DNA of 63,920 nucleotides, counting the filler, from Atractiella rhizophila (Eukaryota), in NCBI GenBank assembly GCA_021432655.1. It is 3 parts of 3 records of this genome, joined end to end, with 100 filler letters (N's around TTAATTAATTAA, not from the genome) between each part and the next. Parts side by side here need not be neighbours in the genome. Positions count along the whole stretch, not along the records: positions 30,049 to 57,837 come from MU271471.1; 2 more parts are not named here. One strand, given 5' to 3'. The notes under the pieces are model-generated. The model saw only the letters and a list, made by a program, of their open reading frames with translations, made no database searches and had not been told where the DNA came from. Both the position numbers and the translations under genes were made by a program. Shown in pieces: positions 38,768-50,967 of this stretch; the first letter of the stretch is position 1; every line of letters begins with the position of its first letter.

Positions 38768-39523
38768 CTAGAGTTTTACTTCAGTAAACATCTCGAGTCT
38801 TGCCACAATATCCTTTGGCACTTTATACACTTTTTCTTCTGGCAACTAACCGCTAGCCCTCAGTTCATCTTCCGTCGCGTCCGGGTTCTCATCCAGTACT
38901 TTCTTCAATCCAGTCGCTCTCCATGTCACATCCTCAATTCCTCGAATCCATTCCTCTACATAGCTCTTGCTCAAATGACCTGGAATGCCTAACTGTAGGC
39001 TGCGATGGTCGTACTTCTGTAATCGTGGTCCCCTCTCTGGATCCCACTGCACCCTAACTCCGGAATCCTCGTCTTCTTTCTCATTTAGCTGCTTCATATG
39101 GGAAGCATGAGAAAGATGAGCGATGCGCAGGAGGTGGAGGAAATGTTCGTGAGAGAGCTTGATGGCGAGCACACGCGCTTGTCCCGCGTCCTTGTAGGAA
39201 TAACCACAGCGATACCTCAACTTCAATGTCAGTTGTTTGGCCATCAGAAATGGAAAATCATAGAACGGTACATCATCCAACACCATGAAGGCTTGATCCA
39301 AGTCATGCGACCATGTTTGAAAGACGGCGATGCAGCGAGATTCTGTGCGGCGACTGCCTGCTCTGCTATAGCCTTCGAAAACGCTTGATAAACTGTTATG
39401 GTGTCCTCGTCATAGACCGCTCGAATCTGTCGATAGGGAATCTCTGGCAGACGTTCTTAGCAAGAGCAGTGACATAACAGTTTAATGCTTTACCTTTGCT
39501 GCTTGAACTTCTGCCGAGGCCAT
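38768..39523 (-). CDS. DUF4291-family protein with an in-frame TAG at 38846-38848
   Basis: IPYRQIRAVYDEDTITVYQAF, RMTWIKPSWCWMMYR|CGYSYKD, VRVQWDPER, RSLQLGI, IEDVT. The frame continues past TAG as LPEEKVYKVPKDIVARLEMFTEVKL*. Confidence 0.85.
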
Positions 39524-39949
39524 TTTTAAGTCACTGCTTTTCTCACTAGATAAAATAAAGAGTTCTGTTCTACTTTCGATCTTTCAGTAGAAATATAAAT
39601 ATATTCTCAACGAAACCGAGTCATACCGTGACAGAGGGTGGGTCTAACGGCCTGAGTTCGCTTCTAATTGGTTTAGGGGTCGTTGAACAGGCTGCGTCTT
39701 GGATCATCTCTTACCAGCTCTGCCATTAGAGAGGGTTTCAGTGCACGATAAGAAAATGTACGCCAAGAATTTATTGTATTCAAAACTTTGAAAAGGTGTA
39801 CATCTCAACTGAGATGATAAGAAAGAGTGACAGCCTTTAGTTTGCTGTGTGATGTCGTATGAACGGCTGGTGGCGCCAGAATACGGTATAACTGTATATG
39901 TGTGAATTCAGCCTTCCTGAAAAGCTATCCAGCAGTTGAGCCGGGTTGT

Positions 39950-40730
39950 TCAGTCGCATCTGGATTGAGCATCATTAGCAATCACTTGGTTGGCCGTGCT
40001 GCAAGGCCTACATTGTGCCACATTCAGCGAGACAAGAGCTAGGAACGGGACAGCTACATTCACAACTTCTGGCAGAACCATTGAATTAATGCAGAAGCCA
40101 TTAATCATACAGAATTTCCTTCTCACCTTGCACGAATGCCTGTGTTGGACAACATGACGAGAGCAATAATGCAGATCCAAGTGACGCTGCTTGTGAGAGC
40201 CATGTTCGTTCTATGAAGAAAAGAAAGGACAGATTGTTAAAGGTAAAGGTCAGAAGCATGTTTTATACCAACGCAAGAAGTGTCCGAAGCATCCTTCTTT
40301 ATCGAAGGCGGGGTATATCTTTTGAATTCAGATAGGAGTAATTGAGAGCCAAGAGAGCAAGACACGCATCCATTGCAAAAAGATCTAGCATGGTTAGGAG
40401 ACAAAGCGTCCGTGTCTACAGCGTTGCACTGCTCAACTCTGAACTCGAAGTCAAAGTCGCGAGTATTCGAGTATTTAGCACCTGCGCGAGTTCTCATCAG
40501 TTGGTGGATCATCCTTGTTCGAAGGAGGCAGCGTACGCGATTCCACAGAACTTGCACATGACCACGGCGTCGCAGCTGCACTCGCAATCCGCCCTGCAGT
40601 CATCCAACCAGAATCAGCCAAATGACGTCCAACCACAAGCTCAAAGTTTGACGCACCTGTCTTCGAGGACGGGATTGGCGACGACGGTGGCAGCGAGAGC
40701 GGCGATGAGAGCAGTGACGAAGAACCTCAT
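39950..40730 (-). CDS. Small secreted cysteine-rich protein
   Basis: Signal MRFFVTALIAALAATVVA-NPVLEDR|ADCECSCD..., later CNGC, CC and CRPC...RCD*. TATAAAA near 40866-40873. Internal splice sites uncertain. Confidence 0.65.
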
Positions 40731-41410
40731 TCTACTCCCAATCCAGACAATGAGCACACTTCCCTCCTCCAGCTCCTAGGCCAGGAAGAAAGAAGGAATA
40801 GGAAGGACCTACCTGGAAATACCTTACGGAATGCGAGGAGAGACGTGAGAGGTCAAGAGAGCACCTTTTTATAGAGAGACGACATCTCGGCTGCCTTTTC
40901 GACCTCCTGGTCGGCTCCTCGGAGGCTCTCGCTCCTCATCGCATTGATAGGATAAAGAAGGTGTGGAGAGCATGCGATTGCGGAACTGGGGTACCGGGAA
41001 AGACGATGCTCACGGGTCTTGGTAGATGCTCTCTTGTCCAGTCCACTACGGCTGGGCTGGCAGCTGGCAGCTGGGACTGAAATGTCCAGATCTATTTGTA
41101 GGCTGTACATAGTCTGTTTAACTGAGTGACAAACCCATCAGATATTCGATATTCAAAAAGATTAAAAATAAGAACCCACGATTTCGATTTTAGTGCAAAG
41201 GCACACTGAATGTACAAGTCTCTTACAGGTTGATTTCCATGATTTGGCGAGGTCAGGTGGAACGAACACGTAAGTGAGGATGAATTGTCAAAGCAAATGG
41301 CGCGCGTTGCACGGTACGATTCGTAGGTAATAGGACAAGAAATTCGAAAGGAAGAATGCACCAGCAGTCAGTCAGCGCCGTGGCTGGTTCTCAAAACTCC
41401 ACTCATTCAA

Positions 41411-41434
41411 CAAACAAACAAACAAACAAACAAA
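41411..41434. repeat. (CAAA)6 microsatellite
   Basis: Seen directly. Confidence 0.9.
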
Positions 41435-41532
41435 TGTGAGTGGTCAATGGACCACCAATCAATGAAAAGAAGGCAACGCGACGCCATACTCAGACAGAAG
41501 GGTGGAGTGTGAGTGTAAGTGTAAGGGTTATG

Positions 41533-43411
41533 TTAGTACCCCCTCCAGTTTTCGTGCTGGGGAGGAGGGGCGGGCTGTCCGTAGTTGTAGTAGTTCTGTT
41601 GCGCCTGCTACACCACCATCACGCTCAGTACGCAATACGGATGCATAACACATAGGCAGAGGTCTCTACAGAGATAAAGGAGGAAAAAGACGTACGGGAT
41701 AAGCACCACCGCCTGGCCGAAGCGTCTGAGGCACATAATCGTCCCCCATCCCTCCATACGGGTTCATTCCTCCCGCACCCCCATACTCCACCGACCCCAT
41801 CCCCATCGCCTGCGGGTGTTGATACACAGCCTGGGTCGAACCGGGGTACGGAAGGCCAGCGGGGACGCCGCCCGCGAAGGGGTCTTCGACGGTGCTCCCC
41901 AGCGACATCCGCCGCTCTCGCACCGTCCCCATCCCCATCCCCATGCCGCTGTCGTACCCTCCTCCGACACCGCCGTATCCCCCGTACCCTCCCACGGCGG
42001 AGGCAGAGGCTGACGCGGGTGGATCGTAGTTCGCAGAAGGGAGGCGTGTCAGTCCGCCCCCACCCATGCCACCCCCTCCTACACCTCCACCGCCGAAGGA
42101 AGCGGAGTTGAAAGCGGTAGACATGGGTCTGGAGAGCTGTATGGAGTCCCTATTGCCGTCCTTCTGGAAGGGAAAGATGATTGCGCTCTCCCGCTGCCTG
42201 TCCTTCGTCTTCTTTCGGTACCAGAAGAAGGCGAGGCCGATGAGGAGGGCGAGGACGGAGGCGGCGATGATGCCGCCGATGAGGGCGCCGGAGACGCCGC
42301 CGCTGGATTTGGGGTCGGTGGTGTCGTTGAGGGACGCTTTGGAGGTCGGGTCGGAGGAGGGGGTGGTGGTGAGGAAGAGCGTGGAGGGCGTGATGGTGCT
42401 GCTGGAAGAGGAGGAGGAGGTGCTGGTGCTGCGTGAGGTGGTGCTGCTGGAGGAGCTGCTGGTGCTGGAGGAGGTGGTGGTGAGGAGGGACGGGTCGAAG
42501 GTGATGAAGAAGGCGTCGACGTCCACTCCTTTCAGTGCTTCCCCTATCCATCCATAATTCACACTCAGTATCTTTTCCTTGTTGGACGAGAAGACGAAAC
42601 TCACCGTTCTGAATGGTGATCGTATACTGCGCCTGTTCCACCATCCATCCCATCAGCCACCGAAACACAGCAACACTACAACACTGCAACACTGCAACAC
42701 AGAGAGGAGAGGAGGAGAGAAGCCAGACCTTCGGATCGAGGTTCGAAAAGGTACACAACGTCTGCTGCCCCTTAAACGCCGCACCATGGCTGTCGAACTG
42801 GATCACCTGTTGGGTGACGGATCCCTGCTGCGCGAGCGTGCACGAGGCTTTGCCGTGGTCCTTGGATGCGCTTCAGTTGGGTATATTGGGTGGGTAGTTG
42901 GGTTGGGTGGAGAGGGGAGAGAGGGGGAGGGCTTACGGCGTTTGTTGAGCCGACGTAGGAGATCGCGGTGCCTTTCATCCATCCAACATGTCAGAATTGA
43001 GATTGTGAATCAAGGGACAATTAATATGTAAAATCAATGTCATGTTCAACATGTACAGTATCGAAAAAGGAAGCGAGAAAGAATGCTCGCAGAGTACGTA
43101 AGACAACACAGGGAGGAGCTCACACACCATTAAAAGGACCAAAGACGGCCTTTCCAAACACATCGAACGTCGTATGGAGGGTATTCTGAAAGTTCGCCGC
43201 TCCCGAGAACTGCGTCGTCCACAACTGCCCCCATCATCATCATCGTCCCCATTCATTCAGCTTTCGATCTAGAGGAAGGAGAAGAGAAAGGGAGTACGCC
43301 GGAATACTCGATGCGGGCGTCGGTGTCGTCTACTACTAGACGTTGGGGGGCACCGAGGGCGAGGCGGAGCGGGAGGAGGAGGGGCAGAGGTAAAAGGGGC
43401 AACCGTAGCAT
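41533..43411 (-). CDS. Single-pass membrane protein: signal, VDDTD...FNGT extracellular domain, Ser/Thr stalk, TM, Gly/Tyr-rich tail
   Basis: MLRLPLLPLPLLLPLRLALGA, VVDDTDARIEYSG, FNGTAISYVG, YTITIQN, VDVDAF, GALIGGIIAASVLALLIGLAFFWYRKK. Confidence 0.8.
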
Positions 43412-44134
43412 GTGTCGAGTCGAAGTCGATGTCGAAGTCGATGTTGATGGTAAGGAGGGAGCGTAAGAAGAAAGAGCGTGATATGAATATGGGTGGCTGA
43501 ATTAAGTACACCGGAGTGGGAGTCGAAGGAGGGTGGATATTCAGATTCAGGCCATGAAATGAAGAAAGGATGTGTGAGCTAGTGGTGCGGACTCAAATGA
43601 AACGGCGCTGACTTCCTCTTTTGGAGATTTCACTCGCTACATGTATCAGTATCAGTATCAGTGTGAGCGTGGGAGACTTGTCAGGACTGGATGGTTTCTT
43701 ATTGCATTGCTCAGAATGGGACTGCGATGCAAGGGTAAAGTAAAGAGTACGGTTGTGTTCAGTCCCCCTTATGTTAAGTGGGCTTCTTTACTTGGGAAAA
43801 CAGAACACTTTCCTTCAGAAAGAACGGAAAGTGAATCAGAGAAGGGAAGTGAATGGAGCAATAGAGAAGGAAACAGTTGGGACTGGATATGGCTGATCAC
43901 TAATCACATGATAATGATTGTGTGCGCGAGAGGGAACCTAAAAATAGCCGATGAATGGACGGCCGGAAATAGCAGCGACGTCAGTTTCAAGAGCACTTGG
44001 TGGCTTTCGCCAGCGTAAATACTTAATACTCTTTCTCTTTATTCTCTCTCTCTTCTCCCTTCTCCCTTCTCCATCTATCCACTATCCATCTACATCCCTT
44101 ATCCCTTAAGCACTATAGCACACATAGGACATAA

Positions 44135-47100
44135 ATGGCTACACCGCACCGCACACAGTCGACGCTCCCCAGCGGCACCCTCTGCTCCATCCTCGCCCCC
44201 TCCTCCTCCTCCTCCTCCTCCCCTCACAACCTCACTCCTCGAAAAGAGCCCCAAAGCAGCTGACGCCGCGAAAAGCGTCCCGGATCCTCTTCCCCAAAGC
44301 GCCGCTCTACAAACGCCTCTTCCTCCGCGCCCAGATCAAGCGCTCCCTCACCCAGCAGGGCCAGGCGGACGGCCGGACGGGCCACTCCGTCTTCGACTGG
44401 GCCATGCCCCTCCCGCGCGCCTACCTCGACCCCTCCGACCCCACCGCTCCGTCCGCCTCCAGCTCCTCAGAAGGAGGAGGGGAGGGCCTGTTCGACCGTA
44501 TATTGGGCCAGATCCACCTGACGCTCCTCCGCGACCCCTTGGCGGGGCTGGTGCCGCCGGAGCTGCTGGTGGGGGAGGGCGTGGTGCCGCTGACGATCCT
44601 GAGCGTGATCCCGGACATCATGGACCACTACAAGCACCTGATCGAGGGCGCCCAGCGGGAGGTGCTCTTGGCGACGAATTATTGGCAGCCGAGCGGGAGC
44701 ACGGGGAAGGTGAGGGAGGGATTGGTGGCGTTGCAGAGGAGGGCGAGGAGGGAGGAGGAGGAGATGAAGGCGGAGGGAGGGAGGGGAGGATGGACGGGAG
44801 GGGGGAAGGGGAAGGGGAGGAGGGGGAGGGGACGGAGGGTCGTGAAACTTATGTTTGATAGAGGGAGCTTTAAGGTATGTCTTTTTTAAAACCGTTCTGG
44901 GTGGTTTCTAGAATGGGTTGGGTTTAAATGTGCGCTTTTGACGCGTCGAGGAGGCTTTGAATTGGAGTGCTGGAGCTGGAGGGAGGGAGAGGGAGAGACG
45001 TTCTTTTGGCCTAATTCCAGACTTTGTCCTTCTCCTTTCTTGGCTCTTTCCTGGCTCCCATGGCTCCCAACGGCGGTATCACATGATTTTGAGAATTCAA
45101 AGCAGAAGATCGCGTATATCTTGGATCTGATGTTCGGCTTGTTGTTTGTGTTTGTAGTGATGTGCGGCAAGAGGCACTTGCTCTTCCCTTCGTCGACTTC
45201 ACTGCAAACGCTGTAGACTGTGGATTGTACAGGAGGACTTTAGTGCCACTTCTTCCTCTTTGATTTCGTGATTTCGTGTAAAGACCATCAAAGATAGAAT
45301 GAAGAGTGAGAGAAGGACGGAGGTCCGACTCCGCCTCATTCACAAGCACATCTCAACACACAACCAAACCAACCCCCACGCGCCTAAAAACCAAGACGGC
45401 AAGACTGCAATATTTCACAGCACGCCATCCTCGCCAAAAGGGAAAAGGGACGCAGGATATTAGCCGAGAAGCGAGTGAGAGTCATCCTCGCTCGTCTCCA
45501 AGCGACGTCGACGGGGACGTCCTTGCCCTGGGCGGTGCGGTCAGAAGCGAGATTAGCGATGGGCGAAGCGAGAGCCGATCGCTTGTCTTGGCCCTTCGCC
45601 ATCCACTCCGCCCTTTTCCTCCGTCGTGGTCGCCCTGTGGACGGTGCGCGTGAAAGGTGTCTGGGAATGAGGTCGTGCGGTGCTGTGACTGGTCGGGCGA
45701 GGATGGGGCGCGAGATGTAGATGGAGTTGGGTGTGTGGTGTGCTTTGATGCCTGGCTAACGCTCTCGTCCGTTGCTGCTTTGAGATGACAGTCGTACTTG
45801 CGCGTTGGTCTGCTTCCTCGTGGATGGTAAGAGAGCGTAGGAATCGTGTTTCTCCGTCCTCTTCCTCCCAACATCCTCCCTCTTTCGTCCTCCCCATCAA
45901 TCAATGCAATCGTGAAACGGCTTCAAAAATGGGACATCAGTATTTACTTGAGTTCGAGTCGGCGTTCTGAGCTTGTTTGAGAGGATGGCATTGGTGTAGA
46001 GGGAGCGGGTTAAGCGAGTCGAAGCGAGGCTTATGCGCTTTTGATGTTGGAGAGGAGGACAGATGACTTGTGGCTTCGTCCTTCGTCCGATTCGTTGTAG
46101 CGGTCGGGATCCGAGATGAAGCGGTGAGATGGAGTGTTGGAAGTGGTCTTGCGTATGTGGCGATTGAGAGACGGATGAGTCGGAAGGATGAAGACATGTT
46201 GGTTTTGTTTGATCTGCAAGTGTTGGTGCGAGGACTCAGGTGTGGTTCAGTGTAGAGGACGACCTTGAGCTACCGAGTAGAGAGGATATGATGAACAAGC
46301 TTTATTCTTGTATTCTGCTAAAGCGAAGCGGAAGAGTTTATTCTTTTCACTCATCAAGGCTTGGCACATTATACTTTCTTGGATGATGGCACTCAGGACA
46401 CAATTTCCCTTTCTTGAACCTGCTTCGATATTTATCGACTGTTTATGCCGTCTGTTAAGCGAATACTGACGCAGGCCATTGGTGCATCCAGCAATTGTTC
46501 AAGTAAGGCTATCCACCGTCCACCAGTTAGACGACACTCACGAAACCGGACTTCAGCAACCATACGCGCGTACCGCCCTCAGCTTGGGCTGCACTAGACC
46601 TCCCAAAACCAGAAGAGATCCCAAACATCGACCTCGAAATCATCAACTACCATCGTCCCCTCTTGGGCACGTTCCATGCCAAGTTTATGGTGGCGAGTAT
46701 TCCAGCTCTTCGCTTCTGGTTGACTGACTGAAAGATGCGTAGGTCGATCGTAAGGTCGCGGTCATCAATAGGTGAGCTCGATGTGCAGATGTTTCGTGAA
46801 CCTGATGGGAAAGTTTGCAGCAACAATATCCAGGATCGACCGAATCTAGAGATGATGGCCCACCTTGAAGGTCCAATTGTCGGTGTGCCACTTTCTTCCC
46901 CTACTTCCCAACCGCTTGCTGAGGTGCCAGCTCCCAGATTCTTTCTACGAAACTTTTCTCATCGTACGCAAACCCCCATTCTTGCGTCGACGCTCACTCT
47001 AGTTCAGTCATGGGCGAAAAGCCTCAATCCTACACCGCCCTGTCTAAGCGAGCCGTATGTTCCTCCACCGGAATATCTGTTTCAGGACGCCAATCCGTAC

Positions 47101-49068
47101 CTCGACAAGATCGAAATGTGAGCGGAACAGCTCCAACCAGTAGTCTTCGATGTTGACGAGCGGTACAGTGCCAAGGCAGCGAAGGCAGCACGCATCCTCC
47201 TGCTCAAGCAGAACAAGCAGACGACGGAGGAGTTCGAGCGGTTCATGAAGGACCAGGAAAACTCCCTCCTTTGGAACTTTGCAAACCCCTCTGGAGGCGA
47301 TAGGAGGCGGAGGAGTCTGCCGGCGAGCCCGGATTCGAGCGCGCGCTGGAATTTTTGGGGGTTTGGAGAGACGGCGGGGACGAGTTCGGCGGATGGGAAG
47401 AGGAGGAGTCTGATGGAGGTCGTCCAGGAAGCTATCAGGGCGGCTCCATCGGGTCGTGGTGATGGGTTGAATCGAGCGTCGTCCTTGAAGGAGAAGAACA
47501 AGACGCTGGAGATGGCGGAGGTGAAGAGACGGAAGTCTCATACAGATCTGGACAGTGAGGACGACACTGCAAGAGAACCATCGGCTAGTGCAACAGGTCA
47601 GATCCTTCCCCTTTCTGATTAAAATTAATTGGTCGCTGATGGCTTTGTAGCCGTTTCTTCCATGGCAGATATTGGGGAACATAAGAAACAAAGTGGAGAA
47701 GAAAAGCACCGCGAACCGTCACCGTCAGGGAGACCGCCGCCAAAACGGTCGCACAGCGATCTTCCACATCTGCGAATTGCGGAATCCGACATTCAAGGTG
47801 CGCGATTTTCCCTACGGTATCCACGTGCAGCAATGTTGACTGAGGTGAAGGTCACGAACACACTCCTTCACACCCTTCCCATCCCAATTCAACGACACTT
47901 CAAAGCCCGTCGCATGCTCGCACCGGCAGTACATCTACAACGAAGTCTCGCTTGCAATTGCTGTCGGAGGCTCTGAACGTCGGAGCTCTCAGTCATCCCG
48001 AGGTGACAGCAACGGATGAGGAAATTGAGGACCTCAGACCGCATATCCTTCACAAGCGTATGTAGCTCCCTCGCCTTCATGATAAATCTTTAATGGCAAC
48101 AACAGCCCATAAACCGTTCCGCATAGCTTTGGTGAACCGGAAACCTCACGGCGGTATGCCATGTTCTCATACCCGATTGTTTGCCCGCTAATCGAAATCG
48201 CAGCTCCTGGCCATCAAGATATTCGAGTACCTCAAGCAGCCGCCTGGCTGGCTGGCTTCCGATACGCGAAAGAGAACGTGTTCATACAAACACCCACGCT
48301 CAATGTTGGTCTTGATGCCCTTCTTATGCGGATAGCAGCTTACTCTTTGATAGGCGAAACCAGTCGTGCGAGCTGTATTGGAGACTTGTAAACGAAAAGT
48401 GAAGGTAGTACTCTACCTCGATCTTGGTGAGTCGCATGACTTCGAAAGCATATGCAGCGCGTTTGACCGTTGCATGGCAGGTTTCAACGATAAAGGCGAA
48501 TCAGTTCCTTTTCAAGGCGGAACGAATGAAGAAGTCGTCGGACGGCTGTACAAGGAGCTGAGGGAGTGTGATCGCCATGAGTACCTGGATGTTTATTGGT
48601 ACACTGGAAAAGATCAGAGGAAGCCTCTGAATGCCGTCAAGAAACAAAGGAATTGTCACGTAAAATTCATGTTAGTCTCCATTGTCAGCTTTAGTACCTG
48701 TTTGCTAACTTAAACAATTAGGACAATAGATGGTAAGGTTGGTATCATGGGGAACGGAAATCAAGGTAAGCAGCCTCAGTCCATCTACATCTTCATTAAA
48801 CTGTGTCGATAGATACGCAATCTTGGTTCCACTCCTGCGAGATCAACATCATGGTAGACTCCCCGCAAATCGTTGCGGATTGGATGGACGCCATTCGCTC
48901 TAATCAAAACACGGAGAAGTATGGAAAGGTAGACCATGATGGAATTTGGCGAGGAGAGAACGGTGACCTCCTCGAACCTCCAGAAAAGGTACGCCAATCG
49001 TACTGCGAGAACTGCTGATGACTGTCCAACAGATTTCTTGCATCAGTGCCATCATGGCGATGATTTGA
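44135..49068 (+). CDS. Phospholipase D / cardiolipin-synthase-like protein (two HKD motifs), apparent frameshift near 44220
   Basis: EVLLATNYW, DRGSFK|QLFN|NH, FHAKFMV|VDRK...SNN, CHVKFM|TIDGKVGIMGNGNQ|DTQSWFHSCEIN. Intron 44875-46491 and an 11-nt exon at 46492-46502. Confidence 0.88.
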
Positions 49069-49650
49069 TTATTCATTTATTTTGGGAACATTTTCGTTGC
49101 GCGTCATCCAACACGCGTCTCATTCATTTGCATGATTCCTTCTCGTTCACTCTGTCAGTCCCCTGTTGTAATCTTCAATTGTTTACTAGTGTTCTTGTTG
49201 ATACAGCACAGAAGGCTTCACCTAGGGATAGTTCGGACTCTTTTTAATGACATTCTCTATGCATTGCATTGTCCTTTTCCCGCAACCAGTGAATATCACG
49301 CTCGACTCTTCTCTCCCATGCCGACAATGTGGAAGGAGCAACAAAGGCAAGGTGTGCGGATATACTCGGTATCCAACCTCAACCAACACCATTCCCAGGA
49401 CCAGATTCTTTCGAACTAGCAGCCAGCTTGTCCAAAGGAATCTCCCATAGCCTTGCCCGGTATTTGCTTTGTATCAGGGCTCATAAAAATTTGACACAGG
49501 CGCAGGTCATTTCGATCGTGGCAAACCGCTGTGCGTCTTCCACTTTACATAAATGATATCGAGCAGAGAGCTGACTTCTGTTACAAGGCCATAACAGCAG
49601 CAGGAGAGTAACTGGAGAGACTACAGCTACAGAATTTGTTCTTTGCGACG

Positions 49651-50967
49651 ATGTCTACAGCCCCAACGACCCATACGGAACTGCGCCTGCAACTCAATCG
49701 TATGCAGGCCGAGCGGAAACGGGCAGAGCAGAGATATCAACATGATTTGAAACGATTGAAAGAGGAGAACGAGCGGTTAAGAAAGACTCAAGATGCAGGA
49801 GAGGCGCAAAGGAAGCAGGTGCAGATCGATCGATTGAAAAAGGAACTCAACGATGCAAAGAACGCTATGACCGCAAGTGCGTGTAATCCTTCGACGAATG
49901 GATCACCTGGAGCAACGAAGCCGAGAGAGAAGGAGAATATGATATTCAAAGAAAAGTATGAAAGGTTGAAGAGGGAATGGGAGGAGAAGAAAGCGAACCA
50001 GGAGAATCTGGAAGGAATCATCGTAATCTTGAGGAACGAGGTGGCGGTAAGGAAGAGGAAAATGGAAGAACTAGGTCCACTTGCACTTCACCTTGTTGAC
50101 GATTGACTAATTAATGGTATACGGTAGAGAATGAACTACAGGATGCATTGAAACGAGAGAATTCTCGCAGCTCTGAAAACAACGACGTATTATTGCAGGT
50201 TAAAACGGAAGCAGAACGAAGTAAACGGAAAGTGTTTGAACTCGGTTGGTCCTCCAGTTGCATTTCATCTCCACTCTAACCATGCATGCTGGCAGAAACG
50301 CGATGTCAAGGGTTACAGAATCAGCTAGCTCAGAGTCACTCAATGTATCCTGCTCATCCGCTACCTTTCCAACCGCCGCCCCCAACAGCAGATGTTATAT
50401 ATCTGCAACAGCAAGTCGATTTTCATAGCACCCGAGTACGACAGCTAGGTACGTTGACATTCCAAGATCTTCATCTGTACTGAAGAGAAGATAGAGAGAG
50501 AACTACTTCAATTGAAAGCAGACCATGTCTCGCTCCAAAATGCACATGGAGAGCTTGTCGACAGGCAAAAACCAGTGCACAATCTGCACAACCAGCTTGC
50601 AACACTTCAACACACTCATAACGCACTCAAGACGCAATACGATGAGCTTTTGAAGACAAATAATGACCTGAACAGTATGTTCTTCCTTTCATTGTTGGTA
50701 CAGTTTCGTTTTGTCTGATAGGACCCAGATCACATTTCTAAATACGCAGCTGACGGTTGGGCCAAAAAGAAGGAGAAGGAGCTTGCGGAGAGTGTGAAAA
50801 GGGTTTGTTCCTTCTTCATTCTCTTGTCAGAATGGTATGGTGATGGACATTGCTTATAGGAGGCAGAGGTGAAAGAACAGTTACGCATTGCGCAGGAAAC
50901 AATGGCCTGGCAAGATTCACAGTTGAACATGATGAGACAACAGAGGGCAAACATGAAATCGGGATGA
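49651..50967 (+). CDS. Coiled-coil hypothetical protein (multi-exon)
   Basis: E/K/R/L-rich heptad ORFs 49636-50106, 50286-50483 and 50512-50718 linked by short introns. Confidence 0.65.

Noticed and set aside
42066..42806. Long antisense and alternative-frame ORFs (poly-E/V/L, poly-H/Q)
   Set aside because: Shadows of the GC-rich Ser/Thr-stalk exon.
45780..45850. TGAGA...GCGTAGGA resembling a TPP riboswitch
   Set aside because: The core elements (AUACC, CUGAUC, GAUAAU) are missing, and the host is not a thiamine gene.
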